DNA of 64,000 nucleotides from assembly GCA_020137815.1 (NCBI GenBank), contig CM035350.1, forward strand, positions 2,418,001-2,482,000, read 5' to 3'. A program made the translations under genes and the position numbers. Every line of letters starts with the position of its first letter. The stretch's first letter is position 1. The notes beneath the pieces are model-generated. The model was not told the origin of the DNA and searched no databases. It saw only the letters and a list, made by a program, of their open reading frames with translations. Below, piece after piece: positions 53,160-64,000 of this stretch. This DNA comes from Hormiphora californensis (taxonomy: Eukaryota > Animalia > Ctenophora).

Positions 53160-55664
53160 ATGGATGAGGATTATGTTTTGGAACCAGATGTGTTTGATGA
53201 TTTGACAAAGGTCCTCAAAAGCTGTACAGTAGAGAGATTTGGAGAAAATGTTGATTCAATCAAGTCTAAAATAAACTCCATCAAAGAAAAAGACTTTGAG
53301 AAATTGGAGGAGCTTGTTTCTATATATACGAGTGAAGGTCACCATAAAGAACCCTGTGAATGTGAGGAGTTTAAAGTTGGGGCGAGTCTTGCCCTTGCTA
53401 TCGGAGACCATGTATTCAAATCAAATTGGACTGGACTCCATTATGCCCTTAGAGCATCTGTGTTTTACCGGCAACTAACCAACACATTTGTCAAAAACTA
53501 TCCCTCCCTTCTTTCTGTCTGCAACGGATCAAAAGATGAAAGTCCTGCGATGCTGGCAGCTTGGAAGCAGAACAAATACGAGTTTCTTCGTGTTCATTCT
53601 ACTGATGGTATACTTAACGAACATATGGGCGATAACGAGCAGGGGGACTCCGTTTTGACCTATTCGTTCCGTAATGCCCGGCAATTAGCACCTCGGTTTA
53701 GTGATCTGGAGGATGTCAGTCTGTTTGTGGTGAAAACCTGGTATAATTCTGAGATCAACCAGAACCAGTTCATTGCCGCTGTGAAGGAGCTGACATGCCC
53801 CGAGAGTGTACTTCTGGAGCTGTCATCATTATTAAAACTAGGAACTATAACTTACACAGACATAGTTCCTGTTTTGTTGCAACGCCAAAAGCTAACCATC
53901 ACCCAATTTAACACAATCAAAGATAACTTGAGGAAAACTGTTGGAGAGGAAAAGTTCACGGAATCCCTCCAGGGTTCAATTCGGAAGTTGTGCGTGACGC
54001 TAGCTAGATCGGTGAACAAAGATACAAATATGAACCTTTTTAAGACTCTTTACCAGAGTCACATCAAATTAGAAATGGAAAATCAGCCGGAACTTGAGAA
54101 TATCTGTCACGAGGCGTGTCGGCGGGGAAACTATCATCTCTTGAAGTTCCTGGCTAACTCACTTCCGGAGCACTTTAAAGTTATGATGCAGAGGTGGGAT
54201 GACAAGGGTTATCGACCAGCCAAGTATGGGGACACGAGACCGATGGAGCTTTATAGTGCACTCCACAAAACTACAGATATCTGGAGAGATTTATGTTTAA
54301 AGAGAAAGTCCAACATTGTAACTCTTATCGTGGAAAATAACGTGGACAACTTAGATGAGGTAGAGTTGGAGCTACTTTTGCGGGGCGTTGAACCATCCAT
54401 GCATACCTACTGTAATCGAAACCAGGATAGCTCTCTTCACATCCTCTTCACTTGCTTCGACATAACACTCGACTTGGTGAAATCATTTGTGGAGTTTTAC
54501 CAGTCTGCCGGTTTGAGTATTGATGCGGGGAACTCGTGTCAAGGGATGACACCCTTCACTACAATGTGTGCAAATCTGACTGTGTGGGACCCTGAAGATT
54601 GTCTTGAAGTATTGACATATCTAAGTGAGCAGGAAGGTATAAACTGCTGTTGGACGTTCACCATGCCCGATGGCCGGAGTGTTGGACCAAGTTGGCTGTG
54701 TGAAATGGCCATGAAGTTTCATGATGTGGAGGTTGGGGAGAAGGACTACAGTAAAGTTTTGGAGTTTGTTAAGAGTTTAGAAGACCCACCGATAGAGAAG
54801 GTGGATGAGGATGTGAGTTTTTATAGAAAACTGTGCGGTACTGAGGAAACACCTGAGGAGTTGTTCAAGGTGGGCATCCTTGCTGGATTTGGTACATTGT
54901 CAAATGCTCCCCAGGGAGTAGTCCACAGGCTACTGCCGGACAACCTTCTTCACTTCTACCTGCCCCGTCTCAAAGAGTTAACGATCTGGAGGAATTTTAA
55001 CGATTCTTGGAAGATGGTGAATGGGTATCCATATCCTGAGTTCCAAAGGCAAGCCATGCATGATGAGGATAGTAAGGATCAGCTCTCCGAAACTATATCC
55101 TCCCGTCAAATATCCGTGCTTAGAGTGATAGTTGAGAAAATGGGATTGTCTGGTATAGTGTTTGATTCAACGCATACTGCCTTCACACAACCCTTTGCTG
55201 GCAATCCAAAACACGATCCTATCCTTGTTATTACAAAAGACTTGGAACAAGACATCCCACACACTCCCTTTTCCACCATACAAAGTGATGTTCGGGAGCT
55301 AGGCCGTGTTGGTCTCCTTGATGTGCTAGAGATTAATGGCAATTTACATGTAGTTAACATTCCAGAGGCGCTGCGGTCTGGCGAGGTCGATCATGTTGGG
55401 GGTGTCCTTACTCAACTGGGTATCCCTCCGTTTGCAGCTCTTGTCCCACCCCCTGGGACTACTTCATTCCACAACTGCAGCACTGGTTCATGGTTTAACA
55501 GACATCGTTTTGAGCTGCTTGAGACGATCCAGGTGAAACCTGCCAGTGCTGCTGGGCTACTTCTTCAGCCGTTAAAAGATGTGATCGGCTTCATGCTTGG
55601 TGTTAACCGTTCTGATCCTCCGCAGGTAATTCCACAGAAACTGTGGTGTGTCAAAAAGAGCTAA
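53160..55664 (+). CDS. Intronless 834-aa protein with degenerate ankyrin-like repeats and an unrecognised C-terminal domain
   Basis: Long clean ORF with a splice acceptor tttcag 4 nt before the ATG. Ankyrin-like motifs DESPAMLAA, GDSVLTYS, ICHEACRRGNYHLLKFL, DSSLHILF, GMTPFTTMC. Confidence 0.75.
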   Translation: MDEDYVLEPDVFDDLTKVLKSCTVERFGENVDSIKSKINSIKEKDFEKLEELVSIYTSEGHHKEPCECEEFKVGASLALAIGDHVFKSNWTGLHYALRASVFYRQLTNTFVKNYPSLLSVCNGSKDESPAMLAAWKQNKYEFLRVHSTDGILNEHMGDNEQGDSVLTYSFRNARQLAPRFSDLEDVSLFVVKTWYNSEINQNQFIAAVKELTCPESVLLELSSLLKLGTITYTDIVPVLLQRQKLTITQFNTIKDNLRKTVGEEKFTESLQGSIRKLCVTLARSVNKDTNMNLFKTLYQSHIKLEMENQPELENICHEACRRGNYHLLKFLANSLPEHFKVMMQRWDDKGYRPAKYGDTRPMELYSALHKTTDIWRDLCLKRKSNIVTLIVENNVDNLDEVELELLLRGVEPSMHTYCNRNQDSSLHILFTCFDITLDLVKSFVEFYQSAGLSIDAGNSCQGMTPFTTMCANLTVWDPEDCLEVLTYLSEQEGINCCWTFTMPDGRSVGPSWLCEMAMKFHDVEVGEKDYSKVLEFVKSLEDPPIEKVDEDVSFYRKLCGTEETPEELFKVGILAGFGTLSNAPQGVVHRLLPDNLLHFYLPRLKELTIWRNFNDSWKMVNGYPYPEFQRQAMHDEDSKDQLSETISSRQISVLRVIVEKMGLSGIVFDSTHTAFTQPFAGNPKHDPILVITKDLEQDIPHTPFSTIQSDVRELGRVGLLDVLEINGNLHVVNIPEALRSGEVDHVGGVLTQLGIPPFAALVPPPGTTSFHNCSTGSWFNRHRFELLETIQVKPASAAGLLLQPLKDVIGFMLGVNRSDPPQVIPQKLWCVKKS

Positions 55665-55988
55665 AGTTTAGGACATTTGCCGGTTATTCATATACAAGTA
55701 TTAAATTGTTTATTGTACAAAGTAATTTTCCAGGAACCGTTTTGCCTGTTTAACCGAAAGAAGCAGTTTTATCTGGTTGTAAAAGATGGTGGGAAAATAG
55801 CGATTTTTGGGAATGATAAGAAGAGGATGGGAAGGAAATACGTGACAATCCTGGTACGGATAGCAATTGAACATCTAAACCATCGTTGGTGAGTTTCACG
55901 GGATGTTAGTTTAGTTTATGTACTATGTAGTAGGGTCCTACAATAAATGATAAACAAAATGATTTTATCATGTTTGGTGTTTCCTAGG

Positions 55989-56979
55989 TCGGGGAGAACT
56001 CTCGATAATACCACTGTTAGTTTGGAGCTAGTTAAACCCACCACTCCATCGACAAACAACAACACAGAAAGTGGGATCCCTGCTCATGAGATGCTAAAAA
56101 AGGGACAAGGAGCCTCATTACGGCTCTACCAAATTCCCTGGCGTTACATGGTTTCTATCCTAAAAAAGACGGAAGGGATTGATTATCCTGCCCAAACGTG
56201 AGTGTTTTGGTGTCCAGTTGCTGAGAGTTTTCGCATATATTTATTCAGCGACTGTTTATTTAACTATTGAGATAGAGGAAATACCTGGAGAAGGTTACCA
56301 AGCTGCTGCACACAGGTGGTGTAATTCTCCGACAGGACGGAAGCAGCTAATTAACAGTCCGTCCAATCCCCCCATCTGTACAGGTCAACGTTGAAGTTAC
56401 AAACAGACATACTTGCCGTGAATACACTGAATAACTACTCTCAGCTAATAAGAAAGGTTGGATACACAACTACAGTGAGGGATTTGTTCCGTAAAAACAA
56501 AAATGTAAGTTACATGTTTGAAACTTGCGAAAGCAGAGTAATAACTTTGATTTTCATTCCTATTCAAGTTTGCCTTATTCGACCCTCGTCTCTCTGTACC
56601 GCGAATATTTTAAAAATATATAGTGACGATCAGTGTGTTGGGATACTACAGGGTGTCCAACTGTCTTTGCGTGACCTGCGATTTTGGGTAGTTGATGCCA
56701 CCACAGTGTGTGTGTAACAATACGCTGTCTAATTATGCTATTGTCTCAGGATCCCGCATACACTGAAAAGTTCCTGCCCGCTCTTACTACTGTTCTAGGT
56801 TAGTACCCCCACTTCTTTCTCTCTTCTCAACTAATTGTGAGAGAAGGGAATGTTGGTCATTATCAAATTATAGACAATCACACCAAATAGTGATTCTGTA
56901 TTTCAAAGCATTTTTAATTTTACTCTGTGTGCCTCTGTGTGCCTCTGTGTGCCTCTCTCTCTCTCTCTCTCGCTCTCTC

Positions 56980-57023
<44 letters not shown>

Positions 57024-57614
57024 TCTCCCTCTCTCCCCCACAGATTTAGAGGAAGGTCACCTTCTCAATAGATGGGACAACGCTAAAGTTCACTGTTGGT
57101 GGATCGTTACGCTCCTTGTTGCTCTCGTTCTTGCCGGACTGACAGGTACCTTAATACATGAAATAGCCTTGATCGACCCTCTTTTTGTAAAGTTGGAAAG
57201 TTAGAGATCCTGATCCCGTATGAATCTTCGTGAGCTGTACTTATCTGTTTGTCCACTGTCTGTGTGTCAATATGTCTGGAATTATTTATGGCTGCACAAA
57301 TAAGGTGAAGCCATATACAAGACGACAGCACGTCGCGACGGTGATCATTATATCATTCCAGATGTATCCCCTCATGCCACCATGTTGAGTTTTTGTGTGC
57401 TGGTTTCCCATCATATTCCATTTCAGTTTGGCTGGTTCACTCGTTTGATGCAGATCTGGGTTTCACAGGATTGGCTATTGTTGTTCCTGTGTTCGCTGTG
57501 TCATACGTATTAAAGAGGATCTGCACGCGTGATGAACAAGTGAGTGAAAGATGGGAGTGTATACCAGAGACCATGTTAGAGACAGAAATATCGGATAGAA
57601 TGATCATAGTATAG
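55989..57614 (+). CDS. Possible multi-exon membrane protein of unknown function
   Basis: AG/GT-bounded exon-like blocks (55989-56198; 57043 onward) and several hydrophobic segments, but frames are broken and no family is recognised. Confidence 0.3.
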
Positions 57615-59312
57615 CAGGCTCCTAACTAACTCCGTTTCAGGGCCAGTATGTGAAGATACCTGACCAGGAAATTATGGATACAGTTGCTACACACTTTGGA
57701 GCGGCATAAATGCCAGCTTATCTGCAAAATTTTTGGACTAAATGAATTATTATCGCAATAATTAGAGGATTATTTCCGATCTTATTTTTGTATCTTATTT
57801 TTGTATTTCTGCATGTTTTATTCTGAATCTCCCCTGATGTGAAATAATGTATTTTTGTTGCACAAATCTTTTAACCAATGCAAACGAATCGTGTTTACCT
57901 TTTGCAGTTGGTATCAAAACAAACTTGTTCTGCAACACGGAGACGGGAGAGAGGTACACCCAACAAATGTTTCGTGTTTGTTTTGTGAATCGCACGTCAT
58001 TTTCCCATCTATCACTAGTTTCTGCGCGCGCCTAGTACTAAAGTTCACTATCGTCATAGTTACGCGCACGAACCGAAGCCGCGCGGACGACACGATGATC
58101 ATGGAAATGATCACGGTCACACGGCCACCTGGATCAAAAGGAATTGAGTAGGCTGAAAAACCTGGTTTCAGTAAAAAGTGTGTTGAGTAAGCTCATTCTA
58201 ATTATGCAAGGATGAACATTCATGAATCGCGATCAGGTTCATTCTGTCCCCCCAATCATATCTCCCCTCAATCTAGTCGGATCTATTAATCTCTTCCCCA
58301 CTCTCTTTCAATCATGTTTCAGAACTACAGAACTGCTATATGTCTAACACAGCATTCAGTCGTTAAATCTGCAGTTCCTGAAGAACAGGCCCGGCAAATT
58401 CGACTCCATTTGGGGGTCAGGTGTGGTCTATCTCTCACTTTAGTCTTGGATTCCAAGGTGCTTCAATGTGCTAGAAGATTTCTTCCTTTCCATTTTCATC
58501 CCAAGTTTAGTAGAGTTGACCTTGTTGTAAGAAAAGTGACGGTCATACAGTTTTGCCTGCGTAGCCCCAGGCTAGCCCCGCAAACATGAGGGGCACGACG
58601 TTTCCAAGGTACAGTTACCATGGGATAACCTGGGCCACATTTAGTGGATGACTGACCGCACAGACAGCTCACACACAGTTAGTGAGAGATCACCAAACTA
58701 TGTGAAATCACGACAAATTGCCTCTTTCTGGTTCTCTACCGTTGGTCTTTCTCTCTATCTCCTCTCGTGGCAAAATGCGGGGTGTCAGAAAAATTAACAC
58801 TGGCGAGAGAGGAGAGAGGAAGTATGCAATTAGGAAACGGGTAAACTTGCTGCTCCCCCTATAATAGCAGCGTGGGTGTATGCTTTAATAGTTCACACTG
58901 CTCCACACACATGCAGCGGTGTCACACATTTTCAAATATTTGCTGCTCGCCAATTCAAACCCATGAACAAAGGGGAGCCTGACGCCGTGGATGAAAACTT
59001 GATGTTTACAAAGTGTGGTGTGTCATGGTGTGCTCTTTCAAAGAACTGATGGGCATGATGAAAACACGTTTAATTACGTTGTTATATAACTTAGAATACA
59101 AATCTCTTTGCACAAACTTGACAGCTTTATACAAAACACAGAGTCAATTTCACGTAGCACAGAGGAAGGGAGGGAGAGAAGGGTGTCGGGAGAGAGCATC
59201 ACACAATAATTGATGCGACAGCTGCTGGTCTCCACTCGCCGTATTACAGCGGCACATCTGTTTACTTCGGCAAGTAGGACTACCAGCACTGGTTCCATAG
59301 ATGGGGTGGTAC

Positions 59313-60227
59313 TTATGCCCTGAAAATTTCGTAGGCGGGTTTGCCTGGCAACTGGAGGATTTGGTCGAATTTCTGTTGTACGATCTTCCATGCGGATCCA
59401 GCTGTAAGCTTGGTGTCCACCTTCTTGATCTCCTTCTTCTCCCCACCGAAAGCCTGTGAGAGGTAGAGTTTAGTTTTTGGGTATATTTAAACTAGGAAAA
59501 ATATTCGGATCTTTGAAGTAAAATGAACAAAAGAACTTACAGCCGCCGTGTGGTCGAATTTCTTTCCAAACTTCTCCTCGAGACCCTTGAAAGCATTAGC
59601 AATCTTGGGAGGAGCATCAATATCAGCAGCCATACCGCAGTCCTTTGCTCGTCGGGCAACGGCAAGCAGGGTGTTGACAACGTTCATCTTTCCTTTCAAT
59701 TTGAGAAGATCATCGGGGGAGAAGATGGATGATTCAGGGACTCGGAGTTCTCGAGCCCAGGTGAGGAACTTCATGACATTTTCTCGGGCCTCCATTGATC
59801 GAGCAGAGCAGTCAAGAGCGACGTTCTGGGGGGCCTTCTTGGGGAGACTGCCAGGGTCTTCATCGTTAGCCTTGAACTCATCAACGCAGTACTGGATGTC
59901 AGTAGCCAATCGGCACATGAGTCCACCGTTCCTGAAGAATAGACGAGAGTTTTAACAACTATTGGAGCTGATGAAACTTGATGAAACTTGATGAAACATA
60001 TCACGGTTGCAGTACATTAAAAGGATGTTAGAAGGAAACATTATAACTAATACACACCTGATGCTGGTGATGAGGTTCTCTCTGTTGAGAGTCTCGCTCA
60101 GAATACCACCCATCCAGATGCACAGCTTGTCCACCATCATCAACATCCTCTCGTCCTTGACGTCATCGAAGGACATACGCCTGTCATACTTACCTCCCTC
60201 CTTCCTGGCTCGTCGTTCCCTGGTCAT
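59313..60227 (-). CDS. GAS2-type calponin-homology domain protein without a GAR domain; exons 60058-60227, 59541-59931, 59313-59453
   Basis: LCIWMGGIL..IRNGGLMCRLA..ARENVMKFLTWARELRVPESSIFSPDDL..VVNTLLAVARRA; splice phases are consistent. Confidence 0.8.
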
Positions 60228-60498
60228 TTCTCTTCCCTCTAATAGAGAAAGATGGAAAGTTTAAGAAACAAAGAGATAGGGAATGGAGGTATATTTTATT
60301 TGGAAAACTATTTGTTTGGCAACTATAGTTATACGGCAAAGAAAGCAACAAAATCACAAACAACCTGCAATATGAAAGACAGGGAAAGTATGTTCGGCAT
60401 TTCCCAACTCTCCAAGAACAAATGAGAGAATAAAGAAAGAAAGAAAGATTACATTGAGAAATAAAGATAGTGATAGAATGAGAGACTGTAAGCTGGAA

Positions 60499-60567
<69 letters not shown>

Positions 60568-61205
60568 CGGCCCTGGAGAGAGAACTGCCCTGCAGAGAGA
60601 GCTGTCCTGCAGAGGGAGAGCCCTGGAGAGAGGGCTGTCAACACTATAAAGCAGCAGAAGAGCTTAGACCAGCTCGTAGAATAAGCAGATGCTACTATAA
60701 CATAAAGGCTGCTACTATAACATAAAGCTGAAACTCTATTCAGCCACCCATTCCATGTAAACACACGAACAAACAAACAACACATGCAGGGAGACTGCAC
60801 TGCTGCGTGTGTGCAAGTTGGTTGCAAAAAGTGAAGGTCAGTGTTCATATGTTTATAGGATTAGTGTTTTCTCTCCGATGATTGGATGTCACGTGTCTAA
60901 AGTTAGACCACCCTATTGGTAGAACGGATGGTCCATCACTAGTGTACATATAGGACACAGTAAAACACAGGACACTTTTACAGGAAAACTATATGTTTCG
61001 GCAGTGCTGTGGCCAATGGGGTGGTTCACCCGCATACTATTAGATTACTACATTACTGCCATGGACCAATACCCGCACAGGGCCCAACATCACGTGACTG
61101 CACGCCTGCACAGAAGGGATATAAACTAATTCTGCGTTTCCTCGCCGCGCGGAGAGAGAGAAAGAGGAACACTGTAGAAGAGGCCTTTGCTTTTTGTAGA
61201 GAGAA

Positions 61206-61269
<64 letters not shown>

Positions 61270-61568
61270 TGAGAGAGAGAAGTACAGAAGGGGTGGTGGA
61301 GTAAGAAAGCTACGCTAGAAGTAGAGAGAAACAAAAAATCGATCGAGAAAAGAGACGGAATTAAAGACTGAAAAGTGCAAATGTATGTCCGAAAGCAGCG
61401 TATGATACCATGAAAGAAATTATGTAATGTAGCAAGGTGGCAATTTAACAATAACGTAACTTTTTTATTCCTGGATTCTGATTGGATCAAGAGTTTATGA
61501 AATCGGGCTACTACTGCTTGAGTCCGTATCAAGATTTGTGAAAGTTTATGTTGTGATATATGCCTGTT

Positions 61569-61630
61569 AGGGGAAACTCTAACTGAATGGCATCCCATTA
61601 ATGGGATGCCATTCAGTTAGAGTTTCCCCT
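61569..61630. repeat. Perfect 62-bp spacerless palindrome
   Basis: aggggaaactctaactgaatggcatcccatt|aatgggatgccattcagttagagtttcccct. Confidence 0.95.
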
Positions 61631-62525
61631 TATATTGGGATGATTGGTAACATAAACCAACTCGAGTTCATGGCTATGGAGCGAAAATCTCAATGTGACA
61701 CATCACTACGAGCTGTCTGGCGACCCCATCTGAGAGAGAATCAAATCGGGTTTTATGGCACCGCTAGACATTGGTACCATTGCTACCTATTCTCGCTTCG
61801 TGAGTGAGATCGATCTCAGTCGTGCGCAACGTCGATCTCGCCTAGGTGTCCATGTCACCAACGCCAGACGTATTACAAGTGCAATTACTGTAGGTGAATA
61901 CATTAACTTAAGATGGGATGGTGCATGTCAACAGTTCGACTGGTGATGTCAGTGCTCTCTAACCCAGCTACCATTTCCCCGAAATTCGCCCGTAGGGCGA
62001 ACGGGTTTACTAGTGTTTTTAAAGACAGACATCCCAACTACCCAGATAATGGAATATCCTATTGATGGGAAAGTGTATCAAAAAGCACTTGGTACTGGTG
62101 TGCACAATGTGATCCACGCTCAACCGATCACAAACCACAGTGACTGCACGTTGAAAACTCATACGACAAAATTCTTAGAAAAGGTAGCTATAATTATTTC
62201 ATTCAATTATTATATACACGCATCTTTAACAGACCGATATTTTCCAACAAGTTTCACAATTTTTCTCGGCAGCTAAATTTACATGTGGTGAAACTCAAAT
62301 TGAAGGACTAAATAGTTTCCATACAATTAATAGAACACTGCGAGAGAGAAGAATGAAAAACCACACGTGGCTACGAAAGGAGCTGTGCCAATGAATAATA
62401 ATCCAAAACTAGAGAAATATTTCATAAGTTGCTACTACGAAAATTTGCAATTTGAGGGAAGCCTAATTGTAGCTCAGCAGAAAGCTTCAAGAGGGAGAGA
62501 GGGAGATTGTACACGAGACTTTAGA

Positions 62526-62562
<37 letters not shown>

Positions 62563-63254
62563 CAGAGCAATAAATCAGCAGTGCAGCAGCAGCTGCAGTA
62601 GCAGCCAAAGTGTACCTGCTGCTGCAGGCATAGCTGGTGGCACTTTTACTGTTGACAACCTAGCTTTCTCTCTCTCACTCTCCCTCTCACTCTCCCTCTC
62701 TCTCCCTCTCACTCTCTCCCTCACTCTCTTCCTCCCTCTCCCCCTTTAGCTTTTTCCATCTTCTAATTCTCCCTCTAGTATATAGCCAGATTCTCTCCGA
62801 CCTCGAGTGTTGACAAGTCGTGAAGCGAACACCCGCGGCCCTTGTTTTACACTATGGAACTGGGATAGTGGGAGACTCAGACACATGAAAGAATGGAGAG
62901 GGGGAAGAGAGATAGGGATATAATAGAAAGCTAGACAGAAAGCTCCTACACTCGACACTGTCGACTCGCCATATATGAAGACAACAGCAGCTGACTAGAG
63001 AGTACTCAAAACAACATAGCGAGTTGCTCAAATGACACAACTACGAGATGCATTATTGCGGGGAAGACAGTTTTAAATGACTTAACAAACTCTCAGGTAA
63101 CCGGGAAAATAGGACCAAGTGAGAGAAATAGGACAAGCTAGGGAGAGATAGAAATTTAATTAGGTAAGTGTTGAGCTAAAATAAGTATTCGCCAGCATTT
63201 AGTGTACGCGAATACTGCATCAGGTCCTCTCTAAATGAGCAACTCACCACGAGA

Positions 63255-63320
<66 letters not shown>

Positions 63321-63322
63321 AG

Positions 63323-63419
<97 letters not shown>

Positions 63420-63677
63420 GAGAGAGTGAGAAAGGAAGACAAGAAAGACAGAGATGCCAGTCACACTACTACAGAAAAGTCCCCACCTTCCTCTCTATTT
63501 CTACCTATCTTTCTTCCTTTTTACTTCTTATCGAATAAAGGCATTAGCTATTTTAGGTGACATCGGTGCATGACTATTAAATTCAATTTTCCCTCGCACA
63601 CACTCAGAATTTCAGCATCGCAAAACGACAAAAAACAGTCCACACATATTGGAGGTGTTATTATGACGCGTGACAAA

Positions 63678-64000
63678 TCATGCTCGGAAGATCTCGTATC
63701 CTGGTTTTCCAGGAAGCTGGAGGATTGTGTCAATTTTCTGTTGAACCATCTTCCACGCAGAACCTCCCAATAGTGTAGTACTGACTTTCCTGATCTCCTT
63801 TGAACAGGGCCCGTTGAATGCCTGTGGGAGAGAGAGAGAGGGTTAAGTGAGCCGGTTGCCGGAAGGTAAATTGAGTTTGCAAAAAATGCAGTTCCGACGA
63901 ATACGCGATAGAAAGTTGGTAAACACCGGCCGACTGTGTTAGGCGTTCTGTTAAAAATATTACTCACCGCTGCCGTGTGGTCGAATTTCTTTCCAAACTT
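63678..64000 (-). CDS. 3' part of a tandem paralog of the CH-domain gene; exons 63968->64000 and 63678-63821
   Basis: KFGKKFDHTAA|AFNGPCSKEIRKV..GSAWKMVQQKIDTILQLPGKPGYEIFRA*; same intron position as 59313-60227. Confidence 0.85.

Noticed and set aside
63968-64000. Duplication of 59541-59573 as an assembly artefact
   Set aside because: Introns differ and the next exons diverge at synonymous and some amino-acid sites, so it is a true paralog.

Overview
Intron-rich animal genomic DNA with short GT-AG introns, abundant (GA)n tracts and dense MITE/Helitron/LINE content. A cydippid ctenophore origin is my inference from the overall style and is unverified. Genes: an MFSD11/UNC-93-like transporter (-, runs off the left edge); a ~19 kb CNOT1 gene (+) whose introns hold a tRNA-Cys gene and an antisense intronless PIM-like kinase; a two-exon secreted His-rich protein with a stand-alone C8 domain; a Delta/DSL-like membrane protein with a 12-aa Cys repeat array; an SLC44 choline transporter-like gene (-); an intronless 834-aa protein with degenerate ankyrin-like repeats; and two tandem GAS2-type CH-domain paralogs (-). 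Mobile DNA: an apparently intact CR1/L2-group LINE (ORF1 PHD + CCCH fingers; ORF2 APE-RT has no ATG before its endonuclease motif and may be reached by a -1 frameshift at G_GAT_TTT), a decayed relative inserted in a telomere-like MITE, Helitron-like elements carrying RFX X-box palindromes, and several MITEs with readable TSDs. Single-base indels in short homopolymers within conserved genes suggest assembly errors, so frameshifts here are weak evidence of pseudogenisation.
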